The notes under the pieces were generated by a model. The model saw nothing but the letters and a program-made list of their open reading frames with translations, did not search any database and was not told where the DNA came from. From Ignavibacteriales bacterium (GTDB taxonomy: Bacteria; Bacteroidota; Ignavibacteria; UBA10030; BY39): DNA of 50,046 nt. Both the position numbers and the translations under genes were made by a program. The stretch lies in the NCBI GenBank assembly GCA_037443545.1, contig JBBIOD010000008.1, positions 1-50,046 of the forward strand, written 5' to 3'. This document shows positions 20,337 to 30,435 of this stretch, piece by piece. Every line of letters starts with the position of its first letter. Position 1 is the stretch's first letter.

Positions 20337-21152
20337 ATGAAAAAATATTTTGTTTATTCTATCTTTACAATTTGGCTTGCCAGTTTCAGTATTATGTGTG
20401 GAAGTTTGGCGTTCAATATATTTTCGGACCAGGAAGACGTTAAGTTGGGCAAGCAGCTCGACGATGAAATTAAGAGCAAACCTCAGGAATATCCGTTACT
20501 CCAAAACCGCAATGATGTTAAGAGTTATGTCGAACAGGTAGGGCAAAAAATTCTAAATTCTCCGCATGTAAAAAAACGTGGAGTGTATGCTTATAGTTTC
20601 GAAATAGTTCACGACGATAACACAATTAATGCTTTTGCTACACCGGGCGGATATATTTATGTTTATACAGGGCTTTTAAAATTTTTAGATAACGAAGCCA
20701 CGCTCGCCGGGATTATCGGGCACGAGATTGCCCATGCCGAACGACGTCATGCTACTCAACGATTAACAAAGTATTATGGTGTCAGTATGTTGGTCTCAGT
20801 TATTTTAGGTGAATCGCCATCGCAATTGGCTGAAATTGCCGCAAACATGTTTACGGGGCTGGCTTTTTTGGCAAACAGCCGTTCGGATGAAATTGAATCG
20901 GATGATTATTCGATTAGGTATTTAAAAGACACCGAGTATTATCCGGGTGCGATAAAATATTTCTTCGATAAAATTCAGTCAACAAAAGGAGAACGTGGCG
21001 GCAGTATCGAGAGACTGTTATCAACACATCCGTTGCCTCAGGACCGAATCGATTTTGTCCACCAAGAGATGAAAAAAATAGGCGATCCACAACCAACTGA
21101 AAATAATCTTTTTACGGCTCGCTATCAGGCATTTAAAACTACTTTGCCTTAA
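20337..21152 (+). CDS. M48-family zinc metallopeptidase, exported (possible lipoprotein)
   Basis: INAFATPGG, HEIAH, SR.DE.E.D and LLSTHP motifs. Confidence 0.9.
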   Translation: MKKYFVYSIFTIWLASFSIMCGSLAFNIFSDQEDVKLGKQLDDEIKSKPQEYPLLQNRNDVKSYVEQVGQKILNSPHVKKRGVYAYSFEIVHDDNTINAFATPGGYIYVYTGLLKFLDNEATLAGIIGHEIAHAERRHATQRLTKYYGVSMLVSVILGESPSQLAEIAANMFTGLAFLANSRSDEIESDDYSIRYLKDTEYYPGAIKYFFDKIQSTKGERGGSIERLLSTHPLPQDRIDFVHQEMKKIGDPQPTENNLFTARYQAFKTTLP

Positions 21153-21222
21153 CGTTTGATTATAGTTTTTCTTTCTCGTAAATTGTGTTTGAAAAATAAG
21201 TAAAACAACCCGAAAGATTTAA

Positions 21223-22515
21223 TTGAATTATTTGTTACCAATTTCATTTTTTATTATGATTTCAGGGATTATGGCTGCCTGCGAATCAGCGTTACTTAAT
21301 TCACCTAAAAGTGTTATCAAAGATTTAGCAGATAACGGGAGTAAAGCAGCCGGAGTAATTCAAAATTTTCAAAAACATCCTGAAAGTATAATCGCAACGG
21401 CGAATGTTACTTTCATAGTAAGTCTAAGCATCTCAGCATTTTTAGCAGGACTGTTTGCTTTAGATGAAATTGCTCCCTACTTAAAATCGCTAGAAGTTTA
21501 TTTTCTGAGTGAACATAGCGGAGCTTTCTCACTTTTAATTATAATCCCTTTGTTTGCATTTGTTGCAATTCTCGCGGGTGAATTAATTCCAAAATCAATA
21601 GCTTTAAAATTTCCGACACAGTTAGCTTTGTTCTTTGCTTTCCCATTTCTCTGGATTTCAATCGCCAGCAAACCGATGATTGTTCTTTTACAAACCCTCA
21701 GTAATTTAATTTTGAAACCTTTTAAAGATCAAACTAATTTTTCTGAATCGAGGGTTTCTGAAGAAGAGGTTAGAATATTATTGGAAGAAGGAAGAAAAAC
21801 CGGGGCAATAGATAAAACAGAACAGGAACTGATAACGAGTATCTTCGAGTTCACAGATACTACTGCGAAAGAAGTTATGGTTCCGAGAACCGATATCGTA
21901 GCGGTCGAAATAAATACACCGCGCGAAATACTTGTGAATATTGTACTCGAAGAGGGTTACTCGCGTATTCCGATATATTCAGGGTCCATCGATAATATAA
22001 TAGGGATTGTATATACAAAAGATTTAATAAGCCTTTTAGAGCATCGCGACGTGATTGTATTACACGATATAATTCGCCCGGCTTATTTTGTGCCGGAAAC
22101 TAAAAAAATAAGTGTGTTGTTACGTGAATTACAAAATCAAAAAATTCACATGGCAATCGTCATTGATGAATACGGTGGAACAGAGGGTATCATTACTTTG
22201 GAGGATATACTGGAAGAAATAGTTGGCGAAATTCACGATGAATACGATGAAGAATTAAAAGAAGTTGAACTATCGACCGATGGGTCGTCATTAGTGAATG
22301 CCCGAATTAATATACAAGATTTCAATGAGAAATTCGGAACCAATATACCCGAAAGCACAGAGTATGATACGCTGAGTGGTTTCCTCAATAAAATCACAGG
22401 CAAAATTCCAGACTTAAATGAAGAAATAAAAAATAACGATATTACATTTGTAATTATCAAGAAGAGCCAACGTCGGATACGGCAAGTTAAGGTTACAAAA
22501 ACAAAATATGAGTAA
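21223..22515 (+). CDS. Hemolysin-family/CNNM (DUF21-CBS-CorC) protein
   Basis: GELIPKSIA, EVMVPRTD, YSRIPIY and IDEYGGTEGIITLEDILEEIVGEI. Confidence 0.92.
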   Translation: MNYLLPISFFIMISGIMAACESALLNSPKSVIKDLADNGSKAAGVIQNFQKHPESIIATANVTFIVSLSISAFLAGLFALDEIAPYLKSLEVYFLSEHSGAFSLLIIIPLFAFVAILAGELIPKSIALKFPTQLALFFAFPFLWISIASKPMIVLLQTLSNLILKPFKDQTNFSESRVSEEEVRILLEEGRKTGAIDKTEQELITSIFEFTDTTAKEVMVPRTDIVAVEINTPREILVNIVLEEGYSRIPIYSGSIDNIIGIVYTKDLISLLEHRDVIVLHDIIRPAYFVPETKKISVLLRELQNQKIHMAIVIDEYGGTEGIITLEDILEEIVGEIHDEYDEELKEVELSTDGSSLVNARINIQDFNEKFGTNIPESTEYDTLSGFLNKITGKIPDLNEEIKNNDITFVIIKKSQRRIRQVKVTKTKYE

Positions 22516-23515
22516 TTCTAATGAGTATATCCTTTCCGTTGTTATTGTAAATTGGAATACAAGTGAAGATCTGGCAACGTGCCTAACTTCGTTAACAGAT
22601 AAGTCAGCCAATCTGAATTTTGAAATAATAGTTGTCGATAATGCTTCGGTAGATAACAGTGTTCAAATGGTTCAATCAAGATTCCCCGATGTATTCATTC
22701 TTGAAAATGAGGTGAATTTAGGATTCGCAGCCGCAGTAAATAGAGGTATTAATTATGCGAGCGGGAAATATGTGCTAATTTTAAATGCGGACATTGTATC
22801 AAATTTTAATGCACTCAAAATTATGATTAATACGCTCGAAACTCGGAAAGATGTTGGTGCTGTCGCGCCGCGGCTCATAAATTTAGACGGGTCGTTGCAA
22901 CGCGGTTATTTCAGAAAATTACCAACTCTCATGCAGATTTTGTTATTCTATACTTCCTTATCTAAGTTCACATTTAAATATCCGTATCTTGTTCGAAAAT
23001 ATTTGGAAGTATTTTTTGAAGAAAATGCAATTCAGTTCGAAGTTGAACAAATTCCAGGTGGTTGTATGATGATCCGGAGAGAAGTATTAGAGACTGTTGG
23101 CTTCATGGATGAAAGTTTCTTTCTATTTTTTGAAGATGTCGATTGGTGTTACCGCATAAGCAGAGGTGGATGGCGGTTACTTTGCCTCAATACTGGTTCT
23201 ATGATTCATAAAGGCGGAAGCAGCTTTGTAAGACTCGGTAATTCAGTTTCTTATGGGAGATTTTTACTCAGTCTGAATCAATATGTTGATAAACAGTATT
23301 CACTCTGGATTCGACTTCTAACCAAGTTAATCACAATTTGTGATACTTTGCTCATCTTAATTTTCAGAAAATTACAAATAATAATAAAACCTCGAGCTAT
23401 TGATGGTAATCCTGGAAAAAGTTATCAAAAGCATAAATATTATTTAAGAATATTTATTGACTTCTACTTTCGTCCAGTATTTTCAAAGCTCATAAAAAAT
23501 ATTCTCCCGGGATAA
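22508..23515 (+). CDS. Glycosyltransferase family 2 (WbbL-like)
   Basis: IVNWN, VDNAS.D, NLGFAAAVN, LNAD and FFEDVDWC motifs. Confidence 0.9.
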   Translation: MSNSNEYILSVVIVNWNTSEDLATCLTSLTDKSANLNFEIIVVDNASVDNSVQMVQSRFPDVFILENEVNLGFAAAVNRGINYASGKYVLILNADIVSNFNALKIMINTLETRKDVGAVAPRLINLDGSLQRGYFRKLPTLMQILLFYTSLSKFTFKYPYLVRKYLEVFFEENAIQFEVEQIPGGCMMIRREVLETVGFMDESFFLFFEDVDWCYRISRGGWRLLCLNTGSMIHKGGSSFVRLGNSVSYGRFLLSLNQYVDKQYSLWIRLLTKLITICDTLLILIFRKLQIIIKPRAIDGNPGKSYQKHKYYLRIFIDFYFRPVFSKLIKNILPG

Positions 23516-25101
23516 TGTCAGATATTCAGATTCCAAGTAATGTCCATCCGTTAACGAAGAGGATTATAAAAAATACGATATATAATTCTGCTGGAAATTG
23601 GATCGTTCTCATTTTAAATTTTCTAATTATTCCTTTTGTAATTTCAAAACTGGGCATCGAAATTTACGGTAGTGCTTGGGTTATTGGGATATTAATTATT
23701 TCGTCAGCAGGACTTGTCGATTTCGGGATAGGGAGTTCAACTGTAAAATATATAGCTGAATATAATGCCAAGAAAGAGTATAGCAAAATTAATTCGCTTA
23801 TAGTTACCAATATTTTATTTTATGCAATCTTCGGCTTCGCACTTTTTATCATCATAATAATATTCGGAAACAAAATTTTAATGTTGATTGGTGTACCTAC
23901 TCATTTAAGCCGTGAAGCATATTTCGTTTTAGTTGTTGCGACTTCAATTTTGGTAATTCTTAATACTTTTTCACCTTTGACTTCTGTCTTGACTGGCTTA
24001 CAGCGGATGGATATTACTAATTTGATAATGGTATTAGCAGGTATTTTAAATATTACTCAAACGGTAATAGTTTTGTCTTTGGGGTTTGGTGTTTACGGAT
24101 TAATTATCGGGAATCTTGTAATAAATTTGATTTCCATTTCTTTGTTATCATATTGGTCTTTCCGTATTTTACCACAACTCAAACTCAGCATCACAAATAT
24201 TGAGTTAAGTAAAATTAATCAAACATGGCGTTTTGGGATTAATTTACAGATAAGTAGAATATCGCAACTTGTGGTTTTTCAGCTTGATAGAATTTTTGCG
24301 CTAAGTTTTTTTGGTCCAGCGAATGCAGCATTTTATGAGGTAGGGGTTAAGGTAACTACTTTAGCGCGAAGTTTACCCCTCATGCTCACGTCTGCTCTGC
24401 TTCCTGTTGCTTCAGAAATTGATGCTAAAAATGAGGATGTTAAAATAATGCTATTATTCGAAAGGGGGTCGAAATACCTAATCATTGTTGGTACTTTATT
24501 ATTGGGTTTTATTTTTTTAGAATCGCGACTTATCGTACAAACTTGGATTGGAAAATCTTTTGGTGAAACCGGTTTTCAAGCAGCGTCGATTATTATCAAA
24601 ATTTTAGTCTTCGGTTATTTTATGAATACCCTGACTGCAATTGCTAGCACAATCGGTGCTGGTATTACACGAACAGACCTTGAACGTAACGTAGGTATAT
24701 TAGCACTCATATTGAGTCCAATTTTAACAATATCATTTATTTATACTTTAGGATATTATGGCATCGCACTCTCAACAACGCTAATGCTTACAATTGGTGC
24801 ATTTTATTATATGAAACAGTTTTTTGTTGTAATCGGTAAAGATTATTTTATTTATATTAAATTGTTGTTGAAGCCTTTTATCAGTCTTTTAATCGCATCA
24901 GGTATTTTAGTGGTTGTACAATTATTTTTAATTCCCCCGGAAATTCTGACAAGGCTTGAAGGCTTTTCATATATCATATTTTATTTCTTTATTTTTCTGA
25001 CGACATATATTACGGCTCTTATATTATCAGGTACATTAGATGAATATGACAAATCAATTATTCGAGTGCTTGTTCGCAAAGTAAAAAGTAAAAATATTTA
25101 G
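23515..25101 (+). CDS. Wzx-type oligosaccharide flippase
   Basis: Many TM segments; LG.E.YG, DFGIG and QLDRI features; located in a glycosyltransferase cluster. Confidence 0.85.
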   Translation: MSDIQIPSNVHPLTKRIIKNTIYNSAGNWIVLILNFLIIPFVISKLGIEIYGSAWVIGILIISSAGLVDFGIGSSTVKYIAEYNAKKEYSKINSLIVTNILFYAIFGFALFIIIIIFGNKILMLIGVPTHLSREAYFVLVVATSILVILNTFSPLTSVLTGLQRMDITNLIMVLAGILNITQTVIVLSLGFGVYGLIIGNLVINLISISLLSYWSFRILPQLKLSITNIELSKINQTWRFGINLQISRISQLVVFQLDRIFALSFFGPANAAFYEVGVKVTTLARSLPLMLTSALLPVASEIDAKNEDVKIMLLFERGSKYLIIVGTLLLGFIFLESRLIVQTWIGKSFGETGFQAASIIIKILVFGYFMNTLTAIASTIGAGITRTDLERNVGILALILSPILTISFIYTLGYYGIALSTTLMLTIGAFYYMKQFFVVIGKDYFIYIKLLLKPFISLLIASGILVVVQLFLIPPEILTRLEGFSYIIFYFFIFLTTYITALILSGTLDEYDKSIIRVLVRKVKSKNI

Positions 25102-25109
25102 GCATTAAT

Positions 25110-25787
25110 ATGATCGGTGAAGATATAAAACAAAAACTATTTCGCAGTACCCCGCACTACTATCTCAATATTCCAGAGGATTTTTATCATCAAAATATTA
25201 TCGATTTATGTAAACAGTATTGCGGTAAACGTGTTCTGGATTTTGGCTGTGCAATTGGTAATTATATGGCAGTGTTGCAAAAACTTGGGTATGATTGTGT
25301 AGGTGTTGATACGAATTTTGCCTACATAGCAATTGCAGCAAAGAAGAACCTCGAGGTATATCACATCGAGAACATATTACCATTTCCTGATAAATCGTTT
25401 GATACAGTAATTATGTTTGAGGTGGTCGAACATCTTCAAAACCCAATAGAGGTTCTGGAAGAAGTTAAACGGGTTGCCCGAAAAAATATATTCTTTACTG
25501 TACCCAATTGCGAAGGTTTTAACGAACTAAAAACTGGTGGCTTGGCTTACGAACATTTTTTCGACCTTGACCATAAAAATTATTTTACACCCGATTCGTT
25601 GAGTACGCTTCTGAGTAAGTCATTTAAGAATTATGAAATTAAACTCGGTGATCCTATAGTTCCTTATACACTAATTAAAAAATCGATATGGCGTTATATT
25701 GTGCATGGACTTTATAAATTTAAGTTAATCAAGCCGAACTATTATAGTAGAATTTATGTGGTAATTGAACTAGAAAATCATATATGA
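25110..25787 (+). CDS. Class I SAM-dependent methyltransferase
   Basis: VLDFGCAIG, LPFPDKSFD and EVVEH motifs. Confidence 0.88.
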   Translation: MIGEDIKQKLFRSTPHYYLNIPEDFYHQNIIDLCKQYCGKRVLDFGCAIGNYMAVLQKLGYDCVGVDTNFAYIAIAAKKNLEVYHIENILPFPDKSFDTVIMFEVVEHLQNPIEVLEEVKRVARKNIFFTVPNCEGFNELKTGGLAYEHFFDLDHKNYFTPDSLSTLLSKSFKNYEIKLGDPIVPYTLIKKSIWRYIVHGLYKFKLIKPNYYSRIYVVIELENHI

Positions 25788-26752
25788 AATCGGAAAATAA
25801 TATAATTATCAAATCATCCATTGATGTTTCAGTTATCATTATCAATTATAATACTCGTAACTTGCTTCGCGAGGCGTTACGTTCGGTTGTAAATTGTTCA
25901 ATACCAAAAGAAATTATAGTGATAGACAACGCTTCTAACGACGGGAGTTCTGAAATGGTGCGAGAAGAATTTCCAGAAGTTAAAATTTTTGTAAACACAA
26001 CGAATGAACGTTTTGCGAAGCCGAACAATATGGCGATGGGAATTGCGAAAGGGCGATATTACTTTTTATTGAATAGCGATGCAACAATTTCTTCGGATAC
26101 ATTGGATGTATTATTAAAATATATGGAAATTCACTCCGACGTAGGTGTATGTGCCCCTCAACTTATTTATCCCGACGGCAGTTTACAACCTTCGTGTCGT
26201 GGTTCCATTACTTTGTGGACACACTTCTGCGACATGTTAATTTTGGATCGCATTTTCCCGAAATCGAAAATATTTGCTAAAAGTGAGATGACATACTTCG
26301 ACCATCGTTCCGCCAGAGATGTCGACCATGTTATGGCGGCGGCAATTCTCGTTAGAAAGGAAGCTGTAAAAGATGCCGGTGCTCTAGATGAAAATTTATC
26401 CATAATTTATAATGATTTGGATTGGTCCCTTCGAATTAAAAAAGCCGGTTGGAGGATAGTATATTATCCCGAAACACAAGTTATTCATCATCATAGCAAG
26501 ACGACGAAAATGATGAATAAAAACCTTGAATTGTTTTCAGAATTATATTCAAATGTGTTTTATTATTTTACTAAGAATTATGGTAGATGGTCAATCGTAT
26601 ACTATAAATTAATGATGCTTGTTGGCTTTATTCCTAGAACGGTGTACTATCTGATTCGTTCAATAATTAAACCAACCGAAGTAGTAAATTACATGCTTCA
26701 ATTTTGTTTGAGGTCAGTAAAAATTGCAGCGACATTTTGGAGAATAGTTTAA
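25784..26752 (+). CDS. Glycosyltransferase family 2
   Basis: IINYN, IDNAS.DGS, LLNSD and NDLDW motifs. Confidence 0.9.
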   Translation: MKSENNIIIKSSIDVSVIIINYNTRNLLREALRSVVNCSIPKEIIVIDNASNDGSSEMVREEFPEVKIFVNTTNERFAKPNNMAMGIAKGRYYFLLNSDATISSDTLDVLLKYMEIHSDVGVCAPQLIYPDGSLQPSCRGSITLWTHFCDMLILDRIFPKSKIFAKSEMTYFDHRSARDVDHVMAAAILVRKEAVKDAGALDENLSIIYNDLDWSLRIKKAGWRIVYYPETQVIHHHSKTTKMMNKNLELFSELYSNVFYYFTKNYGRWSIVYYKLMMLVGFIPRTVYYLIRSIIKPTEVVNYMLQFCLRSVKIAATFWRIV

Positions 26753-27558
26753 TGGTATCCATCATCATCTTAACATACAATGGACTTTCGTTAACACGAC
26801 AGCTATTAAATAGTTTAAAAACTAATGTAAATATCAAAAATAATGAAGTCATAATCGTTGATAATGCATCGACAGATAATACGGTTGCTGAGCTGAAAAA
26901 GGAATACGACTGGATTCAAGTAATAGGTAATGAAGTAAACATTGGTTTCGGACCAGCGAATAATTTAGGAGCAGAGATAGCTCGCGGAGATATTTTATTA
27001 TTTTTAAATAATGATGTAATCGTTGAAAATGATTTTATTACGCCGGTTGTTCAAAAATTATCAAATGATACTATTGGAGCCCTGGGACCGAAGATATTGA
27101 ATCCGGATCACTCGTTTCAGTTGTCAGCTGGCAGCTCTCCGTCTGTATCGAATGAAATGATAGATAAATTTGTTTATAAGTATTATCGAAAAATGGGATG
27201 GCTTCGTAAAAATGTAGAGAACAAATTTAGAAAAGAAAAACTAGTGGAATGGGTTACAGGAGCATGTCTATTTATTAAGCGCAAAGTGTTTAACGAAATT
27301 GGAGGGTTTGATGAAAGATATTTCATGTATTTTGAAGATAAAGATTTATGTGATAGAATAAGAGCTATCGGATACGGAGTTTTGTACTTCCCCGATGTTG
27401 AAATCGTGCATCTTCTAGGTCAAAGCTTGAATATCGCGCAAGCCGAAAAGTTGAGAAGGATATATAGGGAAAGTCAAAGTTATTATTACCTTAAACACAG
27501 AAACAAAATTGAATATTTTATTTTGAAATTATACCAAAATATTCTTAGGAAAAATTAA
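26752..27558 (+). CDS. Glycosyltransferase family 2 (start revised to ATG at 26752, TAATG overlap)
   Basis: MVSIIILTYN, VDNASTD, FLNND and GFDERYFMYFED motifs. Confidence 0.9.
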   Translation: MVSIIILTYNGLSLTRQLLNSLKTNVNIKNNEVIIVDNASTDNTVAELKKEYDWIQVIGNEVNIGFGPANNLGAEIARGDILLFLNNDVIVENDFITPVVQKLSNDTIGALGPKILNPDHSFQLSAGSSPSVSNEMIDKFVYKYYRKMGWLRKNVENKFRKEKLVEWVTGACLFIKRKVFNEIGGFDERYFMYFEDKDLCDRIRAIGYGVLYFPDVEIVHLLGQSLNIAQAEKLRRIYRESQSYYYLKHRNKIEYFILKLYQNILRKN

Positions 27559-27559
27559 A

Positions 27560-28705
27560 TTGTCGCATAAGCGTATAAAGGTTTTACTTTTAATCGACGA
27601 AGCTGCTATCGGTGGCGGACAAAAGCATGTTCTTTTATTGGCAGGAGGAATCGATAAAAAAAAATTTGATGTTACAGTAGCTTGTGAACCAGAAGGATAT
27701 TTGGTTGATGAGCTCCAAAAAATCCACATTCAAACAATTCCCATAATATTAAAGAATGATTTGAATCCGCTGACTCTGTACAAAATGATTAAGTTGTTGA
27801 AAAACTTGAAGCCAGACGTTTTGCACACGCATGGCGGAACACCCGGATTTTGGGGACGCATTGCTACTAAATTTTATAAAATTCCAGCCGTAGTACATAC
27901 ATTCCACGGAATCCATTATTTGACGAAGCCCATTACCTTTAAGAAATGGGTTTTCAAAATGATTGATCGTTACTTAAAAATATTTACAGACTACACGATT
28001 TGCGTAGCTGAGGCCGACTTGAAAAAGGGGCTCAAAGTCAAGGTGTTGAAAACGAATGCATCCGGCGTTGTAAGAAACGGTATAGATATTAATTATTTTG
28101 AGAGAATAGAACCTTGGAAGGAAGGACGTGGAATACTAAATATTCCAAACGATGCAACTGTGGTGGGTACTATCGGCAGACTGCATGAACAAAAAGGATA
28201 TAAATATTTAATCGACGCAGCCAAACATCTGATCGAAGAAAATAAATCGATCTATTTCCTAATTGTCGGTGAAGGTGAACTTCGAGCAAACTTGGAACTG
28301 CAAGTGAGTTCGCTACGGATTAAAGATAATGTGATATTCGCTGGTGCCAGAACTGATATCCCTAGATTGATGACTTTGTTTGATTTATTTGTTCTTCCTT
28401 CTCTGTGGGAGGGTCTTCCGCTGGTACTTTTAGAAGCAATGGTGAGTAGAATACCTATTGTTGCTTCGGCAGTCGACGGTGTTTTGGAAATCATAGAACA
28501 TAATCAGGATGGCATATTAATACCCCCTAAAAGTAGTCCGGCAATAATAGATGGAATAAATATTTTATTGAATGATAAAAAGTTTGCATCAAATTTAACT
28601 TTTAACGCTTACAAGAAAGTCACTACGGATTTCTGTTTACAAAAAATGGTTTCTGGGCTTGAAGATATTTACATTAATACCTTATCGAATAAACATATGT
28701 ATTAG
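27560..28705 (+). CDS. Glycosyltransferase family 4
   Basis: GG.QKH, RNGID, GRL..QKG and EGLPLVLLEAM (EX7E) motifs. Confidence 0.92.
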   Translation: MSHKRIKVLLLIDEAAIGGGQKHVLLLAGGIDKKKFDVTVACEPEGYLVDELQKIHIQTIPIILKNDLNPLTLYKMIKLLKNLKPDVLHTHGGTPGFWGRIATKFYKIPAVVHTFHGIHYLTKPITFKKWVFKMIDRYLKIFTDYTICVAEADLKKGLKVKVLKTNASGVVRNGIDINYFERIEPWKEGRGILNIPNDATVVGTIGRLHEQKGYKYLIDAAKHLIEENKSIYFLIVGEGELRANLELQVSSLRIKDNVIFAGARTDIPRLMTLFDLFVLPSLWEGLPLVLLEAMVSRIPIVASAVDGVLEIIEHNQDGILIPPKSSPAIIDGINILLNDKKFASNLTFNAYKKVTTDFCLQKMVSGLEDIYINTLSNKHMY

Positions 28706-28757
28706 GATATATATTTATTTTTGACTTTTTTCTGATTATATTGTTAATAATCTATTT

Positions 28758-29498
28758 ATGCCAAAAACTAAAGCAATAATATTATTTACGCAGAAAGTTC
28801 GACTGTCCCGCGGTAACCCAAAAGTGCCTTACACGGCTATCTCGTGGGAAGACATCGATTTGCTTTTTTCAGCGATGCTCAGCGATCTATTAGAAATTCT
28901 AACCCAACTACCGCAAGTGGATGTATTTCTTGTTACCAGTAAAACTGAACTTCAGGACGATTTTCTATTTGCCTTCCATGACCGGGTGAACGTACTTTAT
29001 ACCACCGAGAAAAATTTAAACCGTCGGGTGGCTTTCTCAATTACCACTGTTTTTAATCAGGGATACAACAAGGTGGTCGCATATTTCGACAATTACCCAC
29101 TGTTCAAAGATAATTTTATCAAACGGGTATTCTCTCAATTGAATTACGAGGACGATTGCATTGTATGCTCGGCAACCAATACTGGAAATTGCAATTTAGT
29201 AGCTATGAAGAATAATCATTCTAGTTGGTTCGATGACATAACCCAAGAACAATTTATCAATATGGATTATCTCATCAAAAAAGCATGCGAGGATAAACTT
29301 GTTATATTCACTACTCAAAATCTTCCTACTATCGTAAATGGATACGATTTACAAATATTAAAAAATGATATACAAACACAGATGACGAACGAAGTTCATT
29401 ACCCCAAAAAAACACTCCTGATGTTTAAATATCTTGATAAAAAATTACGCAATTGGAAACCAAAAGATGAAGCTTGGGATCTTCGGCGGTACATTTAA
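28758..29498 (+). CDS. Divergent DUF2064/CofC-like nucleotide-diphospho-sugar-transferase-fold protein
   Basis: Layout AIILF..., AML.D, NL..R, GY.KVV....N.P, DCIV....G...LVAM resembles DUF2064, but the motifs are degenerate. Confidence 0.5.
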   Translation: MPKTKAIILFTQKVRLSRGNPKVPYTAISWEDIDLLFSAMLSDLLEILTQLPQVDVFLVTSKTELQDDFLFAFHDRVNVLYTTEKNLNRRVAFSITTVFNQGYNKVVAYFDNYPLFKDNFIKRVFSQLNYEDDCIVCSATNTGNCNLVAMKNNHSSWFDDITQEQFINMDYLIKKACEDKLVIFTTQNLPTIVNGYDLQILKNDIQTQMTNEVHYPKKTLLMFKYLDKKLRNWKPKDEAWDLRRYI

Positions 29499-30045
29499 CC
29501 CGCCGCATTTAGGACATTTAATCGTTGCTGAAAGTGTACGAGAACAGTTAAAATTAGACCGGCTGTTTTTTGTGCCCTCATATTCGCCACCTCACAAATT
29601 AAATTTACAAGTTGCCCTGCCAAGGCAACGGTTCGAGATGGTGGAACTTTCAGTAAATAATAATAAATATTTTTCAGTTTCCGATATCGAAATAAAGCGA
29701 GAAGGGAAATCATATTCCATCGATACTATTCATTCAATGAGCTTATCCTTTCCACGAGCACAAATATATTTTATTATCGGAATGGATAATCTAATCGATT
29801 TTCCACAGTGGAAATTGCCCAACGAAATTATTTCACAAGTAGAATTAATAGTGATGAATAGAGCCGGCTACGATCGTGAAGTTAAAAACGAATTCAGCCG
29901 TTACGCTAATTTTATTAAAGTTCCGAATTTAGACATATCATCGAGCGATATTCGCCGGCGTGTAAAAATGGAACGTTCAATTCGATATCTTGTAAACGAA
30001 GAGGTCGAAAAATATATTATCAGGAAAGGTTTGTACAAACTATAG
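29467..30045 (+). CDS. nadD: Nicotinate-nucleotide adenylyltransferase (start revised to ATG at 29467)
   Basis: GIFGGTFNPPHLGH, PPHK, SYSIDT, IIGMD and ISSSDIR motifs. Confidence 0.96.
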   Translation: MKLGIFGGTFNPPHLGHLIVAESVREQLKLDRLFFVPSYSPPHKLNLQVALPRQRFEMVELSVNNNKYFSVSDIEIKREGKSYSIDTIHSMSLSFPRAQIYFIIGMDNLIDFPQWKLPNEIISQVELIVMNRAGYDREVKNEFSRYANFIKVPNLDISSSDIRRRVKMERSIRYLVNEEVEKYIIRKGLYKL

Positions 30046-30046
30046 T

Positions 30047-30430
30047 ATGGAAACTGGAAAAGGTGAATGGATTTTAATCGTCGAGGATGACCCAAATATT
30101 TCTTCCCTGCTCGAAGTAATTTTGTGCGGTGTCGGATACAAGACCGTTGTTGCAAACGATGGTGAGGAAGCCGAGAACCTATATAGATCGCATAATCCAC
30201 CGTTTAATCTCGTGCTCAGCGATTTAGGACTCCCGAAGCTCGGGGGAGTTGAGTTGTTTGAAAAACTAATTGTTTACGATCCGAAAATTAAATTCATTGC
30301 TTCAAGCGGATTTAACGATTTAGCTTTAGCTTCTGAATTGAAATCTAAAGGAGTTAAGGAGTTTATTGCGAAACCGTATTTACCTCAAGACCTTTTCCAA
30401 ACTATCCGCAGAACCTTAGATACCGATTAG
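30047..30430 (+). CDS. Single-domain response regulator
   Basis: ILIVEDD, phospho-acceptor in LSDLGLP, AKPY. Confidence 0.92.
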   Translation: METGKGEWILIVEDDPNISSLLEVILCGVGYKTVVANDGEEAENLYRSHNPPFNLVLSDLGLPKLGGVELFEKLIVYDPKIKFIASSGFNDLALASELKSKGVKEFIAKPYLPQDLFQTIRRTLDTD

Positions 30431-30435
30431 AATCA

